DNA of 64,000 bases from Clostridia bacterium (GTDB taxonomy: Bacteria; Bacillota; Peptococcia; DRI-13; UBA5745). Below are positions 29,186 through 37,389 of this stretch, in pieces. Below the pieces are notes generated by a model. That model was given only the letters and a program-made list of their open reading frames with translations, made no database searches and was not told the origin of the DNA. Numbering within the stretch: position 1 is the first letter of the stretch; the number at the start of each line of letters is the position of its first letter. The stretch is taken from NCBI GenBank assembly GCA_018436095.1, contig JAHDMJ010000018.1:258434-322433 (forward strand), in the 5' to 3' direction. The position numbers and the translations under genes are program-made.

Positions 29186-29255
29186 TAGTTAGTGCGGTGT
29201 ACGGCGGTGCAGTAGTACGGTAGTAAGGTAGTACAGTAGTGCGGTAGTGCGGTGC
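29186..29255. repeat. Octanucleotide microsatellite (GTAGTRCG)n
   Basis: GTAGTACG GTAGTAAG GTAGTACA GTAGTGCG GTAGTGCG at 29212-29251, with degenerate 8-nt units upstream. Confidence 0.8.
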
Positions 29256-29300
29256 CGGACGAGGGTACTGAAAAAGTCGGGCATGCCCCAGCCGTTTATC

Positions 29301-29433
29301 CAAAAATGCAAGTTTAAAGTGGGCGCCCCCCTCGGAACAGTGTCAATCTATCGATCCACACAATAAATACAGTGAACAATCAATTGAGCACTGGCGGTAA
29401 GTGGTATCCTGACACTTTAAACTTGCATTTTTG
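29301..29433. repeat. Perfect 21-bp inverted repeat with a 91-nt loop (variant of the dispersed core)
   Basis: CAAAAATGCAAGTTTAAAGTG (29301-29321) and CACTTTAAACTTGCATTTTTG (29413-29433). Confidence 0.85.
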
Positions 29434-29486
29434 CCTATTTTTCAGTGCCCTCGTAACGGACTGCGGCTTCCGGCTTTCCACAGTGA

Positions 29487-29640
29487 CTAACTGAGCAAAA
29501 TTGCAGGTTTGTTAGCGTTCACAATGGCTAACTGAGCAAAATTGCAGGTTTGTTAGCGTTCACAATGGCTAACTGAGCAAAAATGCAGGTTTGTTAGCGT
29601 TCACAGTGGCTAACTGAGCAAAAATGCAGGTTTAAAGCGT
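29487..29640 (+). repeat. 41-bp tandem repeat, about 3.7 units (forward cores)
   Basis: Unit CTAACTGAGCAAAATTGCAGGTTTGTTAGCGTTCACAATGG at 29487, 29528 (identical), 29569 (2 substitutions) and 29610 (diverges after GCAGGTTT). Confidence 0.9.
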
Positions 29641-29730
29641 CTGAGCACCATCTTTGTGTTGTGGTTAGTGGATTTTTCACTGTATCTAGTGCCGCGAAAA
29701 ACGAACATGCCCTATTGCAATGGGACAACT

Positions 29731-29843
29731 CACTTTAAACTTGCAATTTTGCACAAAAAGGGCAGGACAGCACATACAAAGTTGAAATTTTGCTCAGTTA
29801 GCATAGTCGAACAGTGATAAACCTGCAATTTTGAGCAGTTAGG
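29731..29843 (-). repeat. Three reverse-orientation cores facing the 41-bp array
   Basis: CACTTTAAACTTGCAATTTTGCAC (29731-29754), CAAAGTTGAAATTTTGCTCAGTTAGC (29777-29802) and ATAAACCTGCAATTTTGAGCAGTTAGG (29817-29843). Confidence 0.8.
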
Positions 29844-29858
29844 GCTAGCAAACACCTG

Positions 29859-29917
29859 CGGCTACCGGGGCCATTGCCGGAGAGCCCCTCACGGCTGCCG
29901 GGCCATTGCCGGAGAGC
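29859..29917. repeat. GC-rich direct repeat, two ~27-bp copies 33 bp apart
   Basis: CGGCTACCGGGGCCATTGCCGGAGAGC and CGGCTGCCGGGCCATTGCCGGAGAGC. Confidence 0.8.
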
Positions 29918-30164
29918 GCCCCCGCAGCTGCAGTGGCACTGCCTAACGCCCAGCCATTCGACCATCCAGCTACCCCGGCATTCCTCACCCCCCCCCAATC
30001 CTCCAACCACGTTTTGCCTTATTTAAATTTCCACTAACAGTTGGAATTGAAGAAATAAGACTTTTATGGTATTGTGTAAGGGAGAGTGTGCAATAAAATG
30101 AACACAATGTCAGGAAAATGTACAGTATTTGAACCTGTGTTTAGGAATCAGGCCAAGGTTGACT

Positions 30165-30180
30165 TGGCATAAATCCTGCA
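30165..30180 (+). promoter_or_regulatory. Sigma-54 (-24/-12) promoter-like element upstream of the sigma-54 activator gene
   Basis: TGGCATAAATCCTGCA against TGGCAC-N5-TTGCA, with correct GG-N10-GC spacing. Lies 29 nt upstream of the ATG at 30209. Confidence 0.5.
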
Positions 30181-30208
30181 TAAGTCTTAAGATAAGGTGA
30201 GGGAGACT

Positions 30209-32014
30209 ATGGAAAAAAAGTTAGCGAAGCTTCTCGACCGTATTGCCGAAGGTATTGTCTACTTAGACCACGATCTGAATATCACCTATGCCAATATCCC
30301 TTTTATGAAAATGATGGGGATTACCAGCAACCAGGGGCCCGGACATCCTGCTGGCATAATCAAACCGGGGGATTTGGTTTTGGTAGCCTGCAATTACGTG
30401 GACTCTGAAGACGATGTTTTGATGAAGAAGGATTTAAGCTGCATCGGTGTGGACATCCGCAACATCGAAAAAGGCGACGGCATATTGGCGGTAGGCGCTC
30501 TGGGAGCCCCTGCCGGCTCGGCGGCAGTCAAGCTGGCCCGCTATATGGCCTCGGATTTCATTGTTGATCTTACCTGCGGCATTACTAAGGATAAGGAAGC
30601 CAGTTTACAGATCAATGAAATCAATAATATTCTGACTATTACTGTAGGCCAGTGCCGCCTGGAAATGCGCTATCAAACTCATAATGCCATGATGGTAATC
30701 CTGGATAAGGATACGAAGGAGATTGTTTTTTATCAGGACAGGGGCTATACCCTGCGCAATGAGAGCTTTGGCGATATTATGAGGGGCAAAGCCTGGGCCT
30801 CCAAAGGCCAGTTTTACGATCCTCTCAGCTATAAAGGGAAAAACTTTATGGATTTTTTCCCCGACCGAAAATGTCTCCAGGCAATCCGGGCAGTAGTGAA
30901 TAATGAGCAGGATTGTGTAGAAAATATTGAAGTACAGGTTAGCCTCGTCTATTTTCTGGCTACGGTAAACTCTGACGGTGAAGACGGCGTAGTGCTGATT
31001 TTCAACGATTTGACGGAAGTTAAGCAATACCAGGCTATCCTTCAGGAAAATGAAAAATACGAGCAAGCTTTTTCCTCGATTATAGGCTCTTCCAAGCTCT
31101 TACAATCTACAGTCAAAATGGCAGCGAAGATTTCCCAGTCAAAATCCACGGTTTTGCTGCTGGGCGAAAGCGGCACGGGCAAAGGCGTATTTGCCAAAGC
31201 TATCCACGACAACAGCTCCCGTTCCGACAAAAACTTTGTGTCTATCAATATGGCGGCCATCCCGCCGGCTCTTCTGGAAAGTGAGCTCTTCGGCTACGAG
31301 GCCGGCTCCTTCACCGGCGCCAGCGGCAAGGGCAAAATCGGACGCTTTATGTCTGCCAATGGCGGTACCATATTTCTTGACGAGATCGGCGATATGAATT
31401 TGGAGCTCCAGGCTAAAATCCTTCAAGTGCTTCAGGAAAACCGGGTCTATCCCGTAGGTTCCGTTTCTCCCATTGATATTGATGTCAGGATCATTGCCGC
31501 TACCCATCAAAATTTAGAGGAACTGGTCAGAACCGGCAAATTCCGGGCAGATTTATACTACCGGTTAAACGTAATCACCCTGGAACTGGCGCCTCTGCGG
31601 GAGCATAAAGAAGACATCTGGAATCTCGTGGAGTATTTCTTGCCTATAATCAGTAAAAAAGTGGGTAAAATAGTAAGACAGATCGACGAGGACGTCAAAT
31701 ATATCTTTTATCTTTACGACTGGCCGGGCAATGTACGGGAATTGGAAAACGTTCTGGAAAGCGCCGTCAATATGGCGGAGTCCCAGACCATTACCCTGGA
31801 GGACCTGCCCAAGCGCTTTCTCAATTTTTTAGGAAAAAGATTTCAGGAACGCAGCATGCTGCCTCTAAGGGAGGCTTCAGGCCAAGCCGAAAAAGAATCC
31901 ATCACCGCAGCCTTGGAATTGACGAAAGGCAACAAGGCGGAAGCCGCTAAAGTATTGAATATTGCCAGAACCACATTTTACAACAAACTAAAAAAACACA
32001 GCCTCATCGAATGA
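30209..32014 (+). CDS. Sigma-54-dependent transcriptional activator (PAS-like sensor + AAA+ + Fis-type HTH)
   Basis: GESGTGKGVFAKAIH Walker A, ESELFGYEAGSFTGA (GAFTGA-type loop), NVRELENV, and the C-terminal HTH KAEAAKVLNIARTTFYNKL. Confidence 0.9.
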   Translation: MEKKLAKLLDRIAEGIVYLDHDLNITYANIPFMKMMGITSNQGPGHPAGIIKPGDLVLVACNYVDSEDDVLMKKDLSCIGVDIRNIEKGDGILAVGALGAPAGSAAVKLARYMASDFIVDLTCGITKDKEASLQINEINNILTITVGQCRLEMRYQTHNAMMVILDKDTKEIVFYQDRGYTLRNESFGDIMRGKAWASKGQFYDPLSYKGKNFMDFFPDRKCLQAIRAVVNNEQDCVENIEVQVSLVYFLATVNSDGEDGVVLIFNDLTEVKQYQAILQENEKYEQAFSSIIGSSKLLQSTVKMAAKISQSKSTVLLLGESGTGKGVFAKAIHDNSSRSDKNFVSINMAAIPPALLESELFGYEAGSFTGASGKGKIGRFMSANGGTIFLDEIGDMNLELQAKILQVLQENRVYPVGSVSPIDIDVRIIAATHQNLEELVRTGKFRADLYYRLNVITLELAPLREHKEDIWNLVEYFLPIISKKVGKIVRQIDEDVKYIFYLYDWPGNVRELENVLESAVNMAESQTITLEDLPKRFLNFLGKRFQERSMLPLREASGQAEKESITAALELTKGNKAEAAKVLNIARTTFYNKLKKHSLIE

Positions 32015-32177
32015 TTTTACGTTATAACGAGGCGGTCTGCGGCAATATCCGATGCTTTGAGATTAGGCTGTCATCACCAGCCATCGCCTCGTTGAAATAC
32101 ACAAAGGTAAGAAAAACTTTCGCTATCGAAATTTTTCTACTGAGGCATTATAATAGTGGAAAAAGGAGGCGATTCCC

Positions 32178-32480
32178 ATGGAAGACATCTTAATGCAAGA
32201 ATTGGAAAACCTGCGGGCGGAAAACAAGATATTGCGGGATTCTCTGGTGGAATATCGCAGTGATGAGCCGCAAGGTGAAGAGAAGTCAGTAGACTCTTTG
32301 CTAAAGGACATGACCGGCAAGCTGAATATAGCGGTGGGTCAGGTAAAGGAGCAATTGGGCCCCAGTACGGAAAAACTTACCGAGAGCCTCAGCCACCAGA
32401 TGGCGGAAAACCCCATACCCCTTTTGCTTGCCGCCTTCGGCGCCGGCTATCTTGTAAGCCGGGCTTTGGAACGAAGGTAG
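32178..32480 (+). CDS. DUF883 (YqjD/ElaB-like) tail-anchored protein
   Basis: Helical N-terminus and a C-terminal anchor NPIPLLLAAFGAGYLVSRALERR. Confidence 0.55.
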   Translation: MEDILMQELENLRAENKILRDSLVEYRSDEPQGEEKSVDSLLKDMTGKLNIAVGQVKEQLGPSTEKLTESLSHQMAENPIPLLLAAFGAGYLVSRALERR

Positions 32481-32543
32481 CAGTCAACCCGTAAGCTTCA
32501 GGCTTTACGCATTATTAGGCTTTACGTAGAATAAGGGGGCATT

Positions 32544-32819
32544 ATGGCAGAAATCACAGCATACTTTCTCAATTTGCTGGAAATTTTAGAAAAAGAATGG
32601 CAGCTTCTGCGGCTGACGGCGGCAAAAACCATAAAAGGTCTGGGTTGGTTCGGCATAGGTATATTGCTGCTGACCATAGGGCTATTGCTTTTGGCCTGGA
32701 CTTGTTTTACCGCTTTAGCTCAAGTTATTGGTCCCGTAGGCGCGGGGCTGGCCACATCCTTATTGATTTTGGCGGCAGGAGGTATTTTCTTATGGATGGG
32801 CAGCAAAAACCTCAAGTAG
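32544..32819 (+). CDS. YqjE-like small two-TM membrane protein (holin-X/DUF1469-like)
   Basis: 91 aa with two TM helices. Position after a DUF883 gene mirrors E. coli yqjD-yqjE. Confidence 0.5.
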   Translation: MAEITAYFLNLLEILEKEWQLLRLTAAKTIKGLGWFGIGILLLTIGLLLLAWTCFTALAQVIGPVGAGLATSLLILAAGGIFLWMGSKNLK

Positions 32820-33112
32820 ATACAGACATAAAAACAAATCCAGACATAAATACAAGTCCAGAGATAAAAACACAGCAAGCTTCTGCCGAGGAAGCCAGGA
32901 GGTCGCTGGATCTGGCCAAGGACCGGCTGGCCGAAAAGGCGCAGCAGCTAACATTGAAAGATTATATGACAAAACACCCCTATATATCGTTAGGGGCAGC
33001 CTTTTTTTCCGGCGTGCTGCTGGGCGGGTCCCATGAGGCCCGAGCAGATATATCCCGTACTATGATGGACGTTATAGGCAAAGAGGTGATTCGTCAGAGA
33101 GAAAAGCATTAA
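32792..33112 (+). CDS. Hypothetical membrane-associated protein (third member of the YqjD-like trio)
   Basis: ATG at 32792 follows GGCAGGAGG and overlaps the previous gene. Contains the hydrophobic segment YISLGAAFFSGVLLGG. The earlier part of the tracked ORF (32597-) lies inside the previous gene in another frame. Confidence 0.4.
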   Translation: MDGQQKPQVDTDIKTNPDINTSPEIKTQQASAEEARRSLDLAKDRLAEKAQQLTLKDYMTKHPYISLGAAFFSGVLLGGSHEARADISRTMMDVIGKEVIRQREKH

Positions 33113-33158
33113 GCAAGGTACATCATATTTTTGATTAAAATGGGGAGGTAGACTGAGA

Positions 33159-34109
33159 ATGGAAAAGATCAGGATAGGCATTGTTGGCTACGGTAATCTG
33201 GGCAAAGGTGCGGAAAAGGCTGTCAAGTACAATCCGGATTTTGAACTGGTCAAGATTTTTGCCGTGCAAACGCCTAATCAATTGGAAGAGATGAAGGAGT
33301 ATATTGGTAAAATAGATATTATGCTTCTATGCATCGGCTCAGCTACAGATCTCCCCCAGCAGACTCCCGAAATAGCCAAGATGTTCAATACGGTGGATAC
33401 CTTCGATACCCACGCCAAGATACCCGAGTATTTCGGGGCTGTGGATGCTGCTGCCCGCCAATCCGATAAGCTGTCTATGATATCCACCGGCTGGGATCCC
33501 GGATTGTTTTCAATTATGCGGGTCATGATGGAAGCGGCGGTGCCGGCAGGTAAAACCTACACCTTTTGGGGTAGGGGAGTCAGCCAGGGCCATAGCGAAG
33601 CTATGCGCCGCCTGCCGGGAGTTTTGGATGCCAGAGAGTATACGATTCCGGTGGAAGCCACCTTGGAAGAAGTCCGCAAAGGGGATATGAAAGAGTATAC
33701 TCCCCGCCAGATGCATAAAAGAGATTGTTTCGTCGTAGCCGAGGCCGGAGCAGACCTGGCGGCTTTGGAAAAGCAAATCGTTACTATGCCCAATTACTTT
33801 GAGCCTTACGAGACGACGGTTACTTTTATGGATATGGAAAGCTTCCAAAAAGAACACAGCTCTTTACCTCACGGCGGTTTTGTCATTCGTTCCGGTGTCA
33901 CCGGAGAGGGCTCCAATAAAGAACTAATGGAATTCTGTGTCAAGCTGGATTGCAATCCCGAATTTACTTCCAGTGTCATGCTTAGTTTTTGCCGGGCGGC
34001 CTGGCGCTTGTATAAGGATGGCCGCCGGGGTGCAGTGACGGTTTTTGATGTACCTATCGGTTATCTGTCTGCGAAGAATAGTGAGTCTTTAAGAGAAAGC
34101 AGTTTGTAA
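33159..34109 (+). CDS. ddh: meso-Diaminopimelate D-dehydrogenase
   Basis: Collinear with the classical Ddh pattern: IRIGIVGYGNLG, CIGSATD, STGWDPGLFS, FWGRGVSQGHSEA, HKRDCFVV, PHGG. Confidence 0.9.
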   Translation: MEKIRIGIVGYGNLGKGAEKAVKYNPDFELVKIFAVQTPNQLEEMKEYIGKIDIMLLCIGSATDLPQQTPEIAKMFNTVDTFDTHAKIPEYFGAVDAAARQSDKLSMISTGWDPGLFSIMRVMMEAAVPAGKTYTFWGRGVSQGHSEAMRRLPGVLDAREYTIPVEATLEEVRKGDMKEYTPRQMHKRDCFVVAEAGADLAALEKQIVTMPNYFEPYETTVTFMDMESFQKEHSSLPHGGFVIRSGVTGEGSNKELMEFCVKLDCNPEFTSSVMLSFCRAAWRLYKDGRRGAVTVFDVPIGYLSAKNSESLRESSL

Positions 34110-34221
34110 GAGATTTCGGAAATTATTTCTTTTTACTAACGAAAAGAAGGAAGATTACAAAACAGAACGAATACTTTATATCGTATTATGCCGTTCGCAA
34201 ACTTTGAGGGAGGGTAAACGA

Positions 34222-35430
34222 ATGAAAAGAATCAAGAAAACGGTATCACTATTGTTGATGGCAATCCTGGTAGTCTCTTTAGCTGCTTGTGGCGGCACAA
34301 GCACTCCGCCGGCAGGTACAGGCGGCAGTTCCGGTGGCTCCGACGAGAATAAGCCTATTCTGATCGGCCACGAAGTAGCTTTGACCGGCGGTTCCGCTCT
34401 CTGGGGCCAATCGGAGAAAAACGCCCTGGACATGGAAATTGAGAAGATCAATGCCGCCGGCGGTGTTCTGGGCAGAGAACTGAAGCTTATCGCTTATGAC
34501 AACAAGGCCGAACAGGCCGAAGGCGTCAGCGTAGCTAACCGCTTGGTTCAAGACGGCGTTATTGCCGTTATCGGACCTGCTCAGTCCGGTGTAGGTATTG
34601 CTGCTTCCGCTGTTTTTGAAGAAGCGAAGATCGTCATGATTGCAACTACCGCTACTAATGAGAAGCTGACTGTACCCGAAGGTCAAACCGAGCCCCTGAA
34701 GTACATTTTCCGGTCCTGCTTCATCGATCCCTATCAGGGTTCTGTAGCTGCCACCTTTGCTTTGCAGGATCTGAAGATCACCAAAGCCGGTATTTTGAAG
34801 GATGTAGGCTCCGACTACTCCACTTACCTGGCCAAGTATTTTTCTGACACCTTCACTGCCGGCGGCGGCACCATCGTAGCCGACGAATCCTTCCGTACCG
34901 ATGAGTTGGAGTACAAAGCCCAGTTGTCCAAAATCAAAGACGCCGGCGCCGAGCTCCTCTTTATCCCCACCATGCAGAAGGAAGCCGGTCTTGCTATGAA
35001 GCAGGCCCGTGAGTTGGGTATGGAATGCTACTTCCTGGGCGGCGACGCTTGGGCCAGTGACGAGTTAGTCCAATTGGGCGGCTCTGCCACCGAGGGCGGC
35101 TACTTCGTTAACATCGCCAGCCTGGAAGACCCCGCTATTGCTCAATGGGTAGAAGAGTACACCGCTAAGTGGGGCAAAGCTCCCACCATGCCCAACCCTG
35201 TACTGGCTGTAGACGGCCTGTTGGCTATCGTAGAAGCCATCAAAGCCACCGAGAGCACCGATCCTACTGTTATTGCCGAGTGGCTGGCCAACTGCAAAGA
35301 TGTGCCTGTGCTCACCGGCAAGTTGACTATCGATCCTGCCAGCCATAATCCTCTTGGCAAGCCCGCCGTTATTGAGACGGTTAAAGACGGCAAATTCGTC
35401 TTCCACAAGGGCGTAACTGCTGCCGAGTAG
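34222..35430 (+). CDS. ABC transporter substrate-binding lipoprotein, branched-chain amino-acid (LivJ/K-like) family
   Basis: Lipobox LAAC, then the type-I periplasmic binding fold (ILIGHEVALTGGSALWGQ...). ATG at 34222 follows GAGGGAGGG. Confidence 0.9.
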   Translation: MKRIKKTVSLLLMAILVVSLAACGGTSTPPAGTGGSSGGSDENKPILIGHEVALTGGSALWGQSEKNALDMEIEKINAAGGVLGRELKLIAYDNKAEQAEGVSVANRLVQDGVIAVIGPAQSGVGIAASAVFEEAKIVMIATTATNEKLTVPEGQTEPLKYIFRSCFIDPYQGSVAATFALQDLKITKAGILKDVGSDYSTYLAKYFSDTFTAGGGTIVADESFRTDELEYKAQLSKIKDAGAELLFIPTMQKEAGLAMKQARELGMECYFLGGDAWASDELVQLGGSATEGGYFVNIASLEDPAIAQWVEEYTAKWGKAPTMPNPVLAVDGLLAIVEAIKATESTDPTVIAEWLANCKDVPVLTGKLTIDPASHNPLGKPAVIETVKDGKFVFHKGVTAAE

Positions 35431-35477
35431 TCCCTGTTTTAAAACCCCAGCGGGCCCCCTTTCAGCGGGACCGATTC

Positions 35478-35510
35478 GGATGGCCGCCTCGGCGGCCATC
35501 CGGGGTTTTT
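35478..35510 (+). terminator. Terminator/attenuator after the substrate-binding protein gene
   Basis: GGATGGCCGCC-TC-GGCGGCCATCC, then GGGGTTTTT. Confidence 0.8.
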
Positions 35511-35611
35511 AGTACTCTGTAACTCCTAAAAGTCTACATCTGCTTGCATCTGTGACAATTTTTAGGAGTCACAAAGTACTTTAGCTAAACAAAGGAGGGA
35601 GATGTTCCCTA

Positions 35612-36496
35612 ATGAATTTTTCCTTGATCTTTCAGACCCTGGTCACCGGACTGGCTATCGGCGGTATCTACTCCTTGATGGCTGTAGGCTACTCTCTGAT
35701 TTTCAGCATATTGAATTTCAGTAACTTTGCTTATGGTATGGTGATCATGCTGGCATCTTTTATGGGGTATTTTGCCATGAGCAAGCTCCATGTAGGCATG
35801 GGCGTAGCCCTCTTTTTGGCTATGATCGGCGCCGGCGCTCTCAGCTTCTTTAATGAACGGGTAGCATATAGTTCTTTGCGAAAACGGCATGCACCCCCTC
35901 TTTATTTTATGATCAGCGCCATGGGTACGGCAATTTTTCTGGAGAATATGGTGTACGCCACCATCGGTTCCCAATACAATGCCTACCCTCAGATATTTGA
36001 GGTTCCGACCGTAACCATATTTGGAGCCTCTTTGGGTAAGATGGACTTATTTGCTATCGTCTTTTCCGTCATTGCTATTTATGGTTTGAATTATTTCATT
36101 CAGCATACGAGGACAGGCATCTCCATTCGGGCGGCGTCTTACGATTCCACCGTGGCGGAGATCAACGGCGTCAATTTGGGCGCTGTCATTGGCCTGGTCT
36201 TTGTGCTGGCCGGTTTGTTTGCCGGTATTTCCGGCGTTTTTTTGGGTATAAAGTACATGGCTTATCCCAATATGGGCTGGATCACCAATAAGGCTTATGT
36301 AGCGGCGGTAATCGGCGGTTTGGGCAGCCTGCCCGGGGCCGTGGTAGGCGGTATTATCCTGGGGGTTTTGGAGTCCTTCGTTTCCGTATATGTGTCCTCC
36401 ACCCTGAGGGACGTTTTCAGTTTTGGTACCCTCATTATTTTCCTGGTATTTATGCCATCCGGGCTCTTTGGCAAATACCTGGAAGAGAAGGTTTAA
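35612..36496 (+). CDS. livH: Branched-chain amino-acid ABC permease (LivH-like)
   Basis: Polytopic, with the typical LivH N-terminus LVTGLAIGGIYSLMAVGYSLIF. Confidence 0.9.
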   Translation: MNFSLIFQTLVTGLAIGGIYSLMAVGYSLIFSILNFSNFAYGMVIMLASFMGYFAMSKLHVGMGVALFLAMIGAGALSFFNERVAYSSLRKRHAPPLYFMISAMGTAIFLENMVYATIGSQYNAYPQIFEVPTVTIFGASLGKMDLFAIVFSVIAIYGLNYFIQHTRTGISIRAASYDSTVAEINGVNLGAVIGLVFVLAGLFAGISGVFLGIKYMAYPNMGWITNKAYVAAVIGGLGSLPGAVVGGIILGVLESFVSVYVSSTLRDVFSFGTLIIFLVFMPSGLFGKYLEEKV

Positions 36497-36507
36497 GGAG
36501 GTAGCCC

Positions 36508-37389
36508 ATGTACATACAAGTAGTCATCATTTTATGCATGATCAATGCCATATCGGCTGTAGGACTGGCGGTGTTTACCGGTTTTACGGGCTTAATGTCC
36601 CTGGGGCATGCGGCCTTTATGGCCGTAGGCGCTTACACCTGCGCCATTGCTACGAAAACCTTCGGCATACCTTTTATTATCGCTCTTCCTATGTCGGCTC
36701 TGATGGCCGGCCTGGTCAGCCTGATTATCGGTATTCCCACTCTGCGGGCCAAGCTGCGCAGCGACTATTTTACCATTGCCACCCTGGGCTTTGGTGAGGC
36801 TATGCGGGTTATTTTAGAAAACCTGCCTATTACCAACGGCGCCAGAGGTATGGCCGGTCTGGCTCATTACTCGGTTTTGCCTACGGTAACGGTGATCTTT
36901 GTTATTGTGGTGTTTTTTACAAAGAACTTTATCTTTTCCCGTTATGGCCGCATGGCTGTGGCTATCCGGGAAGATCATATTGCGGCGGAAATGGCAGGTA
37001 TTAACCTGTTTCAGGTGCGTCTGCGCTCCCTGTTTTACAGTGCGGCCTGTGCCGGCATCGGCGGCGCTTTAATGGCCCACCATATTCGTTTCATTCAGCC
37101 TAACATGTTTACCAACGTCCAATCCACCTTGCTTACGGCTACGGTTGTGGCCGGCGGCATGGGCAGCATCACCGGACCGATTATAGCGGCCTTTATCTTC
37201 GTCATGGTGCCCGAGGTTCTGCGGGTAGCCGAAATGTGGCGTCTGGTGGCCTACGGCGCTTTGCTGGTGGCTATTATGGTTCTGCGGCCCCAGGGCATCA
37301 TGGGTTACCGGGAGTTCTCCATTAACGGTATCATCCGCTACTTCCGGAATTTAGGGACGAAACAGGATAAAGGGGGTACGGTCTCATGA
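36508..37389 (+). CDS. livM: Branched-chain amino-acid ABC permease (LivM-like)
   Basis: Polytopic, with LSLGHAAFMAVGAY as in LivM. Confidence 0.9.
   Translation: MYIQVVIILCMINAISAVGLAVFTGFTGLMSLGHAAFMAVGAYTCAIATKTFGIPFIIALPMSALMAGLVSLIIGIPTLRAKLRSDYFTIATLGFGEAMRVILENLPITNGARGMAGLAHYSVLPTVTVIFVIVVFFTKNFIFSRYGRMAVAIREDHIAAEMAGINLFQVRLRSLFYSAACAGIGGALMAHHIRFIQPNMFTNVQSTLLTATVVAGGMGSITGPIIAAFIFVMVPEVLRVAEMWRLVAYGALLVAIMVLRPQGIMGYREFSINGIIRYFRNLGTKQDKGGTVS

Noticed and set aside
29487-29843. CRISPR array (about 24-nt repeats with about 17-nt spacers)
   Set aside because: The 'spacers' are identical between units and far too short. Half the cores are in inverted orientation. No cas genes or leader are present.
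29798-30010. 70-aa ORF on the minus strand in the repeat-rich gap
   Set aside because: It runs through the GC-rich direct repeat and a poly-C tract, giving a Gly/Cys/Arg-rich translation. It has no RBS and starts at the edge of the repeat cores.
32015-32177. Second sigma-54 promoter upstream of the YqjD-like genes (TGCGGCAATATCCGATGCT)
   Set aside because: The GG-to-GC spacing is 11 rather than the obligatory 10. A sigma-70-like TATAAT lies nearer the gene.
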